Assembly: GCA_963832165.1 (NCBI GenBank)
Contig: CAWHTE010000003.1
Location: 32,001 to 96,000, forward strand
DNA from: an uncultured delta proteobacterium
Lineage (GTDB): Bacteria > Myxococcota_A > UBA9160 > SMWR01
Direction of reading: 5' to 3'
DNA: 64,000 bases
Positions within the stretch are counted from its first letter, which is position 1. Every line of letters starts with the position of its first letter. This document shows, in pieces, positions 49,645 to 61,159 of the stretch. Under the pieces are notes generated by a model. The model searched no databases. It was not told the origin of the DNA and saw nothing but the letters and a program-made list of their open reading frames with translations. Both the position numbers and the translations under genes were made by a program.

Positions 49645-50577
49645 ATGATGGTCCAGGCACCCAGGTTGGGCCGCGCGATGGCCGCGGCGGTCGCGTGCGG
49701 GGTCGCACTCGCGCTCGCGGCCGGGGCGTCCCCCGAGCCGCCGCCGGATCCGCCCGCGGCGATCGCGGCGCTGGGTCTCGACCCCGCGCAGGCGCGCCTG
49801 TGGAGCGAGGGGCTCGCGCTCGAGACCCGCGAGTCGTTTCCCGCCTCGAACCAGCGCTACGAGCAGCTCGCCGCCGCGCATCCGGAATCGGCGTTCCTGG
49901 CGTGGCGGATCGCGCGCAACCACTGGCGCGAAGGCGAGCGGCTGCCGGTCGAGGCCAAGGAGAAACGCCGCGCTGCCTTCGAGCGCGCACTCGAGTGGGC
50001 GGAGCGCTCGCTCGCGCGCGACCCGAACTGCGGCGAGTGCGTGCTCTGGACGGTCGTGTCGCGGGGCCGCCTCGCGACCACCGTGGGCGTCATCCAATCG
50101 GTGCCGATGGTCGCGCCGATGGCGAAGCTGATCGAGCGCGGCATCGCGCTGCAGCCGACCACGCGCGACAACGAATGGAATACCACGCTCGGCAATCTCT
50201 ACTACGCGGCGGCTGCCTTCTATCGCGTGGCGCCCGAATGGCCCGGGGTCGAGTGGGTGATCGGGACGCGCGGGGACAAGGATCGCGCGCTCGACTACAT
50301 CGAACGCGCGGTCGCGATCTCGCCGATGCGGCTCGACTACCAGCTCGAGCGCGGCGTGCTGCTGACCTGCATCGGCGTCGATCGCGGCGACCGCACCGCG
50401 CTCGAGCGCGGCCGCAAAGCGCTCGCGAGCGCGCGCGAGATGCCGCACCACCTCGGCACCGACGCCATCGACGCGAAGAACGCGGAGATCCTGCTCGCGA
50501 AGCCGGAGCTCGCGTGCGGATACCAGCGCGACGGCTTCATCGATCTTTCGAAGATGAAGCGGGCCGGCGTGCTCTGA
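49645..50577 (+). CDS. Secreted TPR-like helical protein of unknown function
   Basis: Signal-like AVACGVALALAAGA; helical repeats such as ALDYIERAVAISP. Start uncertain (49606-49678). Confidence 0.6.
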   Translation: MMVQAPRLGRAMAAAVACGVALALAAGASPEPPPDPPAAIAALGLDPAQARLWSEGLALETRESFPASNQRYEQLAAAHPESAFLAWRIARNHWREGERLPVEAKEKRRAAFERALEWAERSLARDPNCGECVLWTVVSRGRLATTVGVIQSVPMVAPMAKLIERGIALQPTTRDNEWNTTLGNLYYAAAAFYRVAPEWPGVEWVIGTRGDKDRALDYIERAVAISPMRLDYQLERGVLLTCIGVDRGDRTALERGRKALASAREMPHHLGTDAIDAKNAEILLAKPELACGYQRDGFIDLSKMKRAGVL

Positions 50578-50592
50578 CGCCGCAGCGGCGGC

Positions 50593-51714
50593 TCACATCT
50601 GTGCGACGAGATCGGCCAGTGCGAGACACGCGGTGAGCCCCGGGCTCTCGATCCCGTAGAGCTGCACGAGACCGGGGACCCCGTGCTGCGCGGGTCCGTC
50701 GATCGCGAAGTCGCGCCAGCTCCCGCCGGGCGCCGAGAGCTTCGGGCGGATCCCCGCATAGCCCGGCCGCAGCGCGCCGTCGGGTAGCCCCGGCCAGAAT
50801 CGCCGCGCCGCGCGGTAGAACAGATCCGCGCGCTGCGCATCGACGGCATAGTCGAGCGTCGGCACGTATTCCGCGTCCGGCCCGAACTTGAGCTGCCCGC
50901 CGAGATCGACCGTCGAGTGCACCGAGAGCCCGCCGTGGCGGGTCGGGTAGATCGGGCGCCGGAACGGCGAAGGCCCCGCGTACGCGAAATAGCTTCCCTT
51001 CACGTAGTAGAGGTCGGGCACGCGCGCGGCGTCGTAGCCGAGGGTCCGCCGCGCGAGCTCGTTCGCACCGAGGCCCGCCGCATTGATCAGCCGGCGGCAG
51101 CGCACGGTTTCGCGCCGTTCACCGCCGATGCGCACTGCGAAGGACGCTGCCTCCCGCGCCGCGCCGTCGACCGGCGCGTGGTAGGCGATGTGCGCGCCGC
51201 GCTGCTCTGCGTCGGCGAGCAGCGCGCTCATGAGCTGCTCCGGATCGACGATGCCGGTGGCCGGCGAGAGCGCGGCCGCGACGCACGAGACCTCCGGCTC
51301 GAGCTGGCGCGCTTCGGCCGCCGAGAGCACGACGAGCGCGTCGTCGCCGACGAGGCCGTTGGCGCGCGAGAGCACGACCAGGTGCTCGAGCGCCTCCCGC
51401 TCCTGCGCGTCGGTCGCGACCAGCAGCTTCCCCGTGCGCCGGTGGTCGATGCCGCGCTCCGCGCAGTAGCGGTAGAGCGTGCGGCGGCCCGCGACGCAGA
51501 GGCGCGTCTTCCACGAGTCGGTCGGGTTGTAGATCCCCGCGTGGATCACCTCGCTGTTGCGCGACGAGGTCGCCGTGCCGAAGCGCGGCTCGCTCTCGAG
51601 GATGACCACCTCGCGGCCGCGCAGCGACTCCGCGCGCGCGATCGCGAGCCCGATCACGCCCGCGCCCACGACGACCGTGTCGAACACGGCGGTCGTGTCG
51701 AAGGCGCGGCTCAC
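50593..51714 (-). CDS. FAD-dependent oxidoreductase, L-2-hydroxyglutarate oxidase (LhgO)-like
   Basis: VVGAGVIG, TSSRNSEVIHAGIY, GIRPKL, GIESPGLTACLA. Confidence 0.9.
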   Translation of the reverse strand: MSRAFDTTAVFDTVVVGAGVIGLAIARAESLRGREVVILESEPRFGTATSSRNSEVIHAGIYNPTDSWKTRLCVAGRRTLYRYCAERGIDHRRTGKLLVATDAQEREALEHLVVLSRANGLVGDDALVVLSAAEARQLEPEVSCVAAALSPATGIVDPEQLMSALLADAEQRGAHIAYHAPVDGAAREAASFAVRIGGERRETVRCRRLINAAGLGANELARRTLGYDAARVPDLYYVKGSYFAYAGPSPFRRPIYPTRHGGLSVHSTVDLGGQLKFGPDAEYVPTLDYAVDAQRADLFYRAARRFWPGLPDGALRPGYAGIRPKLSAPGGSWRDFAIDGPAQHGVPGLVQLYGIESPGLTACLALADLVAQM

Positions 51715-52928
51715 TGCTCCGGTGCGCTCACTCGGACGCGCAGCCCTTCGCGCAGTCCCTCGATCTCACCCACGACGAGCGCCTCGCCTCCCGTGAGGCC
51801 GCGCGAGACGATCGCGCGGCCGTCCGCGGACTCGCCCGCGCTCGCGATCTCCTGGCGGCGCAGCTTGTCCTCGGTGACCACCCACGCGAACTCGCCCCGA
51901 TCGTCGCGGCGGATCGCGTCGCGCGGCGCGAGCACCTGCGGTGCGGCGCTCGCGACTCCGCCCGCGGGCTCGCCCGCGAAGAACGTGACGCGCACGCTCA
52001 TGTCGGGCCGCAGCCATTCGTCGGGCTCGAGGATGCGCACCTCGACCTTGAGCGTGCCCTTCTGGCGGTTGATCTGCGGATAGAGCTTCACGACGCGCGC
52101 GGCATAACGCTTGTCGGGATAGGCGTCGGGCGCGACCTGGGCGGGCTGGTCCTGCTTCACCTTCGAGAGGTCGGACTCGTTGATGTCGAGCTCGGCGCGC
52201 AGCTCGTCGGTGTTCGCGATCCGGATCAGCTCGCCCGAGCCCGCGAAGCCGCCCGGCACCGCGATCTCGCTCACCTCCTTGAGCTTCTCGAGCACGATGC
52301 CGGCCGTCGGAGCGCGCAGCACCGCGTCGTCGAGGTCGAGCGAGAGCTGATTCACGCGCGCCTGGAGTCGGTCGACCGTGGCGCGTGCCACGTCGAGCTG
52401 GGTCTCCTTCACGTCGAAGGTGGCCTGCGATCCCACGTCGCGCGCACGCAGCTCCTGCTGGCGTTTCAGCTCCTTCTCGGAGAGCGCCACCTGCGCGCGC
52501 GCCTCGGCGAGCGCCGCGCGCGCCTCGGCGTGAGCGGCCCGGAACGGCCGCGCGTCGAGCTTCACGAGCGCCTGGCCCTTCTCGACGCGCTCGCCCTCCT
52601 CCACGAGATAGGCCTCGATGCGTCCGGGGACGCGCACGCCGAGCGAGATGTAGCGGTCGCCCGTCACGACGTAGCCCGAGCCCGTGAGCACGGCGGCGGA
52701 GGTGGGTGTTGCGCCCGAGCCGGAGGCCTGGGCGTAGTCGACCTTCACTTCGGTAACGCTGCCGAGTGTCGCGCGCCAGGCGAGCAGCAGCAGCAACAGG
52801 AACAGCGCGCTCGCGCCGCCGATCCATGCGGGGCCCCACCAGCGCGGCCGCTCGCTTACCGCGGGCGCGCTGCGGTCGATGCGCAGCGCGGCGAGATCGT
52901 CGCGTCTGCGCTCGCTCTCGGCGGCCAT
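51711..52928 (-). CDS. Efflux periplasmic adaptor (MacA/HlyD family)
   Basis: TM anchor, LTGSGYVV, LRAPTAG, LRPDMSVRVTF. Confidence 0.9.
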   Translation of the reverse strand: MAAESERRRDDLAALRIDRSAPAVSERPRWWGPAWIGGASALFLLLLLLAWRATLGSVTEVKVDYAQASGSGATPTSAAVLTGSGYVVTGDRYISLGVRVPGRIEAYLVEEGERVEKGQALVKLDARPFRAAHAEARAALAEARAQVALSEKELKRQQELRARDVGSQATFDVKETQLDVARATVDRLQARVNQLSLDLDDAVLRAPTAGIVLEKLKEVSEIAVPGGFAGSGELIRIANTDELRAELDINESDLSKVKQDQPAQVAPDAYPDKRYAARVVKLYPQINRQKGTLKVEVRILEPDEWLRPDMSVRVTFFAGEPAGGVASAAPQVLAPRDAIRRDDRGEFAWVVTEDKLRRQEIASAGESADGRAIVSRGLTGGEALVVGEIEGLREGLRVRVSAPEQ

Positions 52929-52937
52929 GGCCAGAGC

Positions 52938-54116
52938 TTAGGCCCTCCGCAACGCTTCCACCGGTCGCAGGCGCGCCGCGCGCAGCGCGGGGAACCAGCC
53001 GCCGATCAGGCCGATCGCCAAAGAGAGCGCCGCGGCCCAGGCCAGGTCGAACGCGCTCACGCGCAGGTCGATCACGTTGGTGGTGAACGTCACCGCGGTG
53101 AAGCCGACACCGCCCAGGGCGCTCGAGATCCCCGCGGCGAGAACCGCCGCGAGCGCGCCTCCGACCACGAACCCCGCGCCCGCCATGAGCAGCGACTCGA
53201 TCAGGAACGCGGAGAGGATCGCGCGGCGCGAGAAACCGAGAGCGCGCAGCGTGCCGATCTCGGCGGTGCGCGCCTGTACGCTCGCGTAGAGCGTGTTGGT
53301 CGCGCCGCAGATCGCGCCGATCCCCGACAGCACGGCGAGTCCGATCACGATCAGATAGAGCGCGTCCGCCGACTTGGACTGCTCGGCGTAGTACTCGGTC
53401 TCGCGCTGGGCTTCGAGCGCCCAGCGCGGCTCGTCGCCGATGCGCCGCGCGAGCGCGTCGATGTCGGCGCCGGGCGCCGCGCGCATGCGGAGGCCGGAGT
53501 AGGGCAGCGGGCGCTTCGCGTCTCGCGCGAGCTCGCGCACGTCCGCCCACACTTCGCTCTCGAACGAATCGCCGCTGCTGTCGAAGCGCCCCACCACCTT
53601 CCAGGTGCCGCGCCCGAACTTCAGCTCTTCGCCCACCACGGCGCCCGCATAGCGACCGGCGACGCCGGATCCCACGATCACCTCGCCGCTCGAGGGGTTG
53701 AACATGCGACCCTCGACGATCTGCACCGAGTCGTGCACCGCGAGCGCCACGGGCTCGACGCCGCGCACGAGCACGTTCTCGCGGCCGCCGTCGCGGCGCA
53801 GGAAGAACGGCTGCACCACGAGCTCGGGTGAAACGAGCGGCTCGCCGTTGCTGCCCTTCGCGACGCCCTCGAAATAGCGCAGCGTCTGATAGGCCTCGAG
53901 CGGCACGGCGCTCGATCCGTCGTTGGTGGCGCCCTTGCGCATGATGATCAGGTTGTCCGGCGCGCCCGTCGTCACGAGCGTGCGGCGCAGGCTCGACACG
54001 AGCGAGAGCAGGAGCGTGGTGGCGAGCACCACGACGGCGACCACGCCGAGCGTGAGCGCGGTGCGCGTGCGGCGCGCGAGCAGGTTCCCGATGCTGTAGC
54101 GAAGCGGCAGTGCCAT
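52938..54116 (-). CDS. ABC transporter permease (MacB/FtsX family)
   Basis: NTLYASVQARTAEIGTLRALGF; FPALRAARL. Confidence 0.9.
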   Translation of the reverse strand: MALPLRYSIGNLLARRTRTALTLGVVAVVVLATTLLLSLVSSLRRTLVTTGAPDNLIIMRKGATNDGSSAVPLEAYQTLRYFEGVAKGSNGEPLVSPELVVQPFFLRRDGGRENVLVRGVEPVALAVHDSVQIVEGRMFNPSSGEVIVGSGVAGRYAGAVVGEELKFGRGTWKVVGRFDSSGDSFESEVWADVRELARDAKRPLPYSGLRMRAAPGADIDALARRIGDEPRWALEAQRETEYYAEQSKSADALYLIVIGLAVLSGIGAICGATNTLYASVQARTAEIGTLRALGFSRRAILSAFLIESLLMAGAGFVVGGALAAVLAAGISSALGGVGFTAVTFTTNVIDLRVSAFDLAWAAALSLAIGLIGGWFPALRAARLRPVEALRRA

Positions 54117-54119
54117 GGC

Positions 54120-55286
54120 CTAGAACACTTCGCGCAGCGTCTGCACGACGCCGCGCCGCGCGGCGCCGAACGACGGCACGATGCCCGACAGCATGCCGAT
54201 GAAGAAGGCCAGGAACAGGCCCTGCACGAGGATCGTGTTCGTGACGATGAACGACGCGAGTGGACCCATCGCGGGGTTCCACGAGCTCGAGGCGTGGCGC
54301 ACGATCTGGGAGAGCCCGAGCGAGGCGAATGCGCCGGCCGCGCCCGCGAGCGTCGCGAGCAGCGTCGCCTCGGCCACGAGCATCCCGAACACGGTGCGGC
54401 GCGAGAATCCGATCGCCTTCAGGATCGCGATCTCGCGCATCCGCTCGCGCACGGTCATGCTCGCGGTATTCGCGGCGATGAACACGATGCAGACGGCCAC
54501 GAGCGCCGTTACGAGCATGATCAGGAACACGAGCCCCTCGAGCGCGCCGAAGAAGTTCTTGAAGTAGCTCTTCTCGTTCTCGGTCGCGGTCTGCGCCTCG
54601 CTGTTGCGGAACGTCTCGTCGATCTCGCGCGCGAGCGGATCGAGGCGGGAAGGATGGTCGACGCGCACCCACATCGTGCCCAGGAAGTCGAGCGTGCCGC
54701 CGGCCGCCTCGACCGCCTGCACGAGATACTCGCGCTGGAACCAGAAGTGCGGCGCGCGCTCGTTCGGGATCGTGCCGACGATCTTGAACGTGAGATCGAC
54801 CGGGAACACCGTGCCCTTCAGCGTGACGGTGTCGCCGACCTCCCAGCCATACTTCTTGAGCGTGCCGCCGCCCACGATGGCGCCGTCGCGCCGGCGCTTG
54901 AACTCCTCGAGCTGCTCCTTCGGGATCCCGTAATCGGGCCACGTCTCGGCCACGAGATCGGGCTCGATCGCGAAGTTCGGGAACGAGACGCCGTCCTCTT
55001 CCCGGAACACCCCGCCGAACCAGGTCCAGCTCGTGACCGCGACCACGCCCGGCATCGCGCGCACCTTCTGCATGTAGGAGTAGGGCACCGGGTACACGAG
55101 GCCGGCCTCGTTGTGCACCACGACGCGCGTATTCGTGGCGACCTGGTCGAGGATCCGGTTCATGCCGTCGGGCATCGTGGCCAGGAAGCACACGAGCGCG
55201 ACCGCGAGCGCGATCGCTCCGCCCGTGAGCAGGCTGCGCACCTTGTTGCGCGAGAGGTTGCGCCACAAGAACGCGGGCCAGCTCAC
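54120..55286 (-). CDS. ABC transporter permease (MacB/FtsX family)
   Basis: NLSRNKVRSLLT; ANTASMTVRERMREIAILKAIGF. Confidence 0.9.
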   Translation of the reverse strand: MSWPAFLWRNLSRNKVRSLLTGGAIALAVALVCFLATMPDGMNRILDQVATNTRVVVHNEAGLVYPVPYSYMQKVRAMPGVVAVTSWTWFGGVFREEDGVSFPNFAIEPDLVAETWPDYGIPKEQLEEFKRRRDGAIVGGGTLKKYGWEVGDTVTLKGTVFPVDLTFKIVGTIPNERAPHFWFQREYLVQAVEAAGGTLDFLGTMWVRVDHPSRLDPLAREIDETFRNSEAQTATENEKSYFKNFFGALEGLVFLIMLVTALVAVCIVFIAANTASMTVRERMREIAILKAIGFSRRTVFGMLVAEATLLATLAGAAGAFASLGLSQIVRHASSSWNPAMGPLASFIVTNTILVQGLFLAFFIGMLSGIVPSFGAARRGVVQTLREVF

Positions 55287-55972
55287 GCTGCGCCTCCTCC
55301 CGCTACGGTGCGGTCGAGCAGACCCTTGTCGAGATGGTGGATCTCGTCGACGAACTGCTCGCCGCGCGAATCGTGCGTGACCATCACGACGGTCTTGCCG
55401 AACTCGCGGCGCAGGTCGCGCAGCAGTGCCAGGATCTCGACCGCGTTCTTCGCGTCGAGATCGCCCGTGGGCTCGTCGGCGACCACGATCTCGGGATCGG
55501 ACACGATCGCGCGCGCGATCGCGACGCGCTGCTGCTCGCCGCCCGACATCTCGCTGGGCATGTGCGTGGCGCGCTCGGCGAGCCCGACCACGCGCAGCGC
55601 GGTATTGGCGCGCTCGCGCCGCTCCGTCTTGGAGAGCTTGGTGAGCAAGAGCGGCAGCTCGACGTTCTCGCGCGCCGAGAGCACCGGGATCAGGTTGAAG
55701 AACTGGAAGATGAAGCCGACGTGCTGGGCGCGGAAGCTCGCGAGCTCGTCCTCGGACAGCTCGTTCAGGTCGCGTCCGGCCACCGTCACGCGGCCCTCGC
55801 TCGGTCGGTCGAGCCCTGCGAGCAGGTGGAGCAGCGTGGACTTGCCGGAGCCGGAGGGCCCCATCAGCGCGACGAAGCGTCCGCGCTCGATCGTGAGCGA
55901 GACGTGGTCGAGCGCGCGGACCTCATCGGCGCCGCGGCGATAAACCCGGGACACATCCTCGAGTTGGATCAA
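55283..55972 (-). CDS. ABC transporter ATP-binding protein
   Basis: GPSGSGKS, MSGGEQQR, ADEPTGDLD. Confidence 0.95.
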   Translation of the reverse strand: MIQLEDVSRVYRRGADEVRALDHVSLTIERGRFVALMGPSGSGKSTLLHLLAGLDRPSEGRVTVAGRDLNELSEDELASFRAQHVGFIFQFFNLIPVLSARENVELPLLLTKLSKTERRERANTALRVVGLAERATHMPSEMSGGEQQRVAIARAIVSDPEIVVADEPTGDLDAKNAVEILALLRDLRREFGKTVVMVTHDSRGEQFVDEIHHLDKGLLDRTVAGGGAA

Positions 55973-56013
55973 GTGCGGGAACTCCGCGCAGGCGCCGCCC
56001 TAGCGTACCAGAG

Positions 56014-57184
56014 TCAAAAGACTTCCCGCAGCGTCTCGGCCACGCCCCGGCGCGCGGCCCCCAGCGCGGGGATGACCCCGGAGATCAGGCCGACGAAGAA
56101 CGCCAGGAACAGTCCCTCGACCAGAATCGTGTTGCGTCACGATGAACCACGACAGCGGCCCGAGCTGCGGGTTCCAGCCGCCCGACGCGGCCCGCGCGAG
56201 CCGGGAGAGCCCGAGCGAGACCCCCGCCCCGATCGCGCCCGCGAGCGTCGCGAGCAGCGTCGCCTCGGCCACGAGCATGCCGAACACTTGTCGGCGGGTG
56301 AAGCCGATCGCCTTCAGGATCGCGATCTCGCGAGACCGCTCGCGCACGGTCATGCTCGCGGTGTTCGCGGCGATGAACACGATGCAGATCGCGAGGAGCG
56401 CGCCCACTACCGTGATCAGGAGGGCCATCCCCTCGAGCGCCTGAAATTGGCTTCTGAAGAAGCTCTTCTCCGTCGCGGAGGCGGTCTGCGCTTCGCTGTT
56501 GTGGAAGGTCTCGTCGATCTCGCGCATCAGCGGGTCGACGCGTGCGGGATCGTCGACCCGCAGCCAGATCATGCCCGCGCTGTCGAGATTCCAGCCCTTC
56601 GCGACCACTGCCTGCGCGAGATACTCGCGCTGGAACCAGAAGTGCGGCGCGCGCACGAGCGGGATCTCGCCGACGATCTTGAAGGTGAGCGCGATCTCCC
56701 AGTCCCGGCTCGTGAGCGTGACCTGGTCGCCCGGCGCCCAGCCGTACCGTTCCATGGTGCCGCGCCCGACCACGGCGCCGTCGCGCCGCCGTGCGAACTC
56801 CGCGAGCACCGCCGGATCGATCTTCCAGTCCGCCCACACGACGCCGACCGCGTCAGGCTCGACCGCGAGGGTCGGGAACGACGCGCCTTCCTCTTCTCGA
56901 TAGGCGCCGCCAAACCAGGTCCAGCTCGCCGCGGCCACCACGCCGGGCATCGCACGGATCTTCTCCAGATAGGCATAGGGCAGCCAGTCGTAGGCGACGC
57001 CCGCCCCGTCGTGCACGACGATGCGCGTGTTCGCGGCCACCGAGTCGAGCATTCGGTCGAGCCCGTCGGGCATCGTGGCGAGGAAGCACACCAGCGAGAT
57101 CGCGAGCGCGATCGCGCCTCCCGTGAGCACACTGCGCAGCTTGTTGCGCGCGAGATTGCGCCACAGAAACGAGGTCCAGCTCAT
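56014..57184 (-). CDS. ABC transporter permease, close paralog of 54120..55286; +1 frameshift near 56135
   Basis: MSWTSFLWRNLARNKLRS. Removing one C near 56135 restores VTNTILVEGLFLAFF...TLREVF*, matching the paralog's C-terminus. Confidence 0.85.
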
Positions 57185-57316
57185 GCCGCCTCCTGCTGGT
57201 CTTCGCTCGCCTCCCGGCTCGCTGCGCGAAACTTGCAGCTCCGCGGGCCATCCTATCAGAATGCTGGGAAAACCCCGCTGGATCGGTATCTTTGGCCCCC
57301 TCGCGGCGGAGGACCC

Positions 57317-57604
57317 GTGACCGAGCTCAACATCTTTTCGATGCTTTTCGCGCTGATGCTGGCGACTTTCGTCGGCTTCCAGGTGATCCAGAACGTGTCG
57401 CGGCTGCTCCACACGCCGCTGATGTCGCTGACCAACGCGATCTCCGCGATCGCCGTGGTGGGCTCGATCATCATCGCGGGCGAGCAGAAGACGACGTTCT
57501 CCACGGTGCTCGGAGCGGTCGCGGTGTTCGCGTCGGTGACCAACATCGTCTCCGGGTTCCTGATCACCGACCGCATGCTCAAGATGTTCAAGGAGCGGAA
57601 GTAG
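57317..57604 (+). CDS. pntAB: NAD(P) transhydrogenase alpha-2 (membrane) subunit
   Basis: LLHTPLMSLTNAISAI; NIVSGFLITDRMLKMFK. Confidence 0.92.
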   Translation: MTELNIFSMLFALMLATFVGFQVIQNVSRLLHTPLMSLTNAISAIAVVGSIIIAGEQKTTFSTVLGAVAVFASVTNIVSGFLITDRMLKMFKERK

Positions 57605-57606
57605 CC

Positions 57607-59004
<1,398 letters not shown>

Positions 59005-59033
59005 GATCAGACAGGAACCTGGGGGTGGTGGGG

Positions 59034-60176
59034 ATGACCAGGAACTTTTGCGCGCTCATGATCGCCGCCGCAGTGATCGCCTGCGGACCCGGTGGCGAAT
59101 CCAAGTCGGGTGATGCGGGGCCGATTCCGGTCGGTCACGTCGCGTCGCTGACCGGTGACACCGCGACGTTCGGCCAGAGCACGGACCGCGGCATGCGCAT
59201 GGCGATCGAGGAGATCAACGCCAAGGGCGGCGCGCTCGGCCGGCCGCTCGAGCTGCTCTCCGAGGACGACCGCTCGATCACCGAGGAAGCGCGCACCGCG
59301 GCGCAGAAGCTGCTCCAGCGCGACCAGGTGGTGGCGCTGCTCGGGGAGATCGCCTCGTCGCGCTCGCTCGCGGCCGCACCCGAGGCGCAGCGCTCGCGCG
59401 TGCCGATGATCTCACCCGGCTCGACCAACCCGAAGGTCACCGAGGTCGGCGACTACATCTTCCGCGCCTGCTTCATCGATCCGTTCCAGGGCACCGTGAT
59501 GGCGCGCTTCGCCACCGAAGAGCTCAAGGTCAAGCGCGTGGCGATCCTGTTCGACTTCAAGCAGGACTACTCCGTCGGCCTCGCCGATTACTTCCGCAAG
59601 ACCTTCACGGAGCTCGGCGGCGAGATCGTCGCGGACGAGCGCTACACGAGCGGCGACATCGAGTTCCGCGCGCAGCTGACGACGATCCGCGCCGCCAAGC
59701 CCGACGCGATCTTCGTGCCGGGCTATTACACGGAGCTCGGCCTGATCGCGAAGCAGGCGCGCGAGCTCGGCATCGACGTGCCGCTGCTCGGCGGCGACGG
59801 CTGGGATTCGGAGAAGACGCTCGAGATCGGCGGCAAGGCCGTCGAGGGCTACTTCTTCTCGACGCACTATGCGGCCGACGCCGACAGCCCGAAGGTCCAG
59901 GAGTTCGTGAAGCGCTACACCGAGAAGTACCACCAGACGCCCGACGCGATGGCCGCACTCGGCTACGACACCGCGGGCATCCTCGCCGACGCGCTGACCC
60001 GCGCCGGCTCCACCGATGGCGCGGCGCTGCGCGACGCGATCGCGTCCACGAAGGACTACGAGGGCGTGACGGGCCGGATCAGCATCGACGCCGAGCGCAA
60101 CGCGCGCAAGGACGCCGTCGTGCTCAAGATCGAGGGCGGCAAGTTCAAGTTCTACCGCTCGGTGCCGGCGAGCTAA
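59034..60176 (+). CDS. Branched-chain amino acid ABC transporter substrate-binding lipoprotein (LivK-like)
   Basis: Lipobox VIAC; SLTGDTATFG, EEINAKGG, YIFRACFIDPFQG. Confidence 0.9.
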   Translation: MTRNFCALMIAAAVIACGPGGESKSGDAGPIPVGHVASLTGDTATFGQSTDRGMRMAIEEINAKGGALGRPLELLSEDDRSITEEARTAAQKLLQRDQVVALLGEIASSRSLAAAPEAQRSRVPMISPGSTNPKVTEVGDYIFRACFIDPFQGTVMARFATEELKVKRVAILFDFKQDYSVGLADYFRKTFTELGGEIVADERYTSGDIEFRAQLTTIRAAKPDAIFVPGYYTELGLIAKQARELGIDVPLLGGDGWDSEKTLEIGGKAVEGYFFSTHYAADADSPKVQEFVKRYTEKYHQTPDAMAALGYDTAGILADALTRAGSTDGAALRDAIASTKDYEGVTGRISIDAERNARKDAVVLKIEGGKFKFYRSVPAS

Positions 60177-60185
60177 CGCATTGGA

Positions 60186-60230
60186 CTTCGCTCGGCTTCG
60201 CCTCGCTGCGCGCGCCCTTCGGGCGCTTGC
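60186..60230. repeat. Intercistronic REP-like/hairpin element
   Basis: CTTCGCTCGGCTTCGCCTCGCT followed by a GCGCCC-TTC-GGGCGC stem-loop (60212-60226) between the binding-protein and permease genes. Confidence 0.45.
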
Positions 60231-60256
60231 TTGGCCTTGAGGTCGAGCGTTAGGCT

Positions 60257-61159
60257 TTGGAGCAATTTCTCCAACAGCTCCTGAACGGGATCGCCTGGGG
60301 CAGCATCTACGCCCTGATCGCGCTCGGCTACACGATGGTGTACGGCGTGCTCAAGCTGATCAACTTCGCCCACGGCGAGGTCTACATGGTCGGCGCGATG
60401 GCGGGCTACTACTGCGCGCACGCGCTCGGCTTCGCGGCCGAGCCGTCGCTCGCGGGCCTGTTCGTGGTGCTCGTGCTGTCGATGGCGGCCTGCGCCTTGC
60501 TCGGCGCGACGATCGAGCGCGTGGCCTATCGGCCGCTGCGCAATGCGCCGCGCCTGGCCTCGCTGATCACGGCGATCGGCGTGTCGCTCCTGCTCCAGAA
60601 TGGCGGTCAGCTCCTGTTCGGCGCCGATCCGAAGTTCTTCCCGTCGATCGTGGTCGCGCGCGAGGTCGTGCGCTTCGGCAGCGTCGCGGTGTCGAACATC
60701 CAGCTCTTCGTGCTCGGCACTGCGATGGTGCTGATGGTGGGACTCGAGGTCGTGGTGATGCGCACGCGCTTCGGCCGCGCGATGCGCGCGGTGTCGGTCG
60801 ATGCGCCGGCCGCCGCGCTCATGGGCGTGCCGGTCGACCGCGTGATCTCGGGCACGTTCATGCTCGGTTCGGCGCTCGCGGCCGCCGCCGGGATCCTGGT
60901 CGGGCTCTCCAATCCCAAGATCGATCCGCTGATGGGACTCCTGCCCGGACTCAAGGCGTTCGTGGCCGCCGTGCTCGGCGGCATCGGCAGCATCCCGGGC
61001 GCGATGGTCGGGGGTCTCCTGCTCGGCGTCGTCGAGACGATGGTGTCCGCCTATCTCTCGAGCACCTATCGCGACGCGATCGCGTTCGTGATCCTGATCG
61101 CGATCCTGCTCTACCGGCCGACGGGTCTGTTCGGTACGGGTCAGGTCGAGAAGGTATGA
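60257..61159 (+). CDS. livH: Branched-chain amino acid ABC permease
   Basis: YALIALGYTMVYGVLKLINFAHG; KAFVAAVLGGIGS. Confidence 0.93.
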   Translation: MEQFLQQLLNGIAWGSIYALIALGYTMVYGVLKLINFAHGEVYMVGAMAGYYCAHALGFAAEPSLAGLFVVLVLSMAACALLGATIERVAYRPLRNAPRLASLITAIGVSLLLQNGGQLLFGADPKFFPSIVVAREVVRFGSVAVSNIQLFVLGTAMVLMVGLEVVVMRTRFGRAMRAVSVDAPAAALMGVPVDRVISGTFMLGSALAAAAGILVGLSNPKIDPLMGLLPGLKAFVAAVLGGIGSIPGAMVGGLLLGVVETMVSAYLSSTYRDAIAFVILIAILLYRPTGLFGTGQVEKV

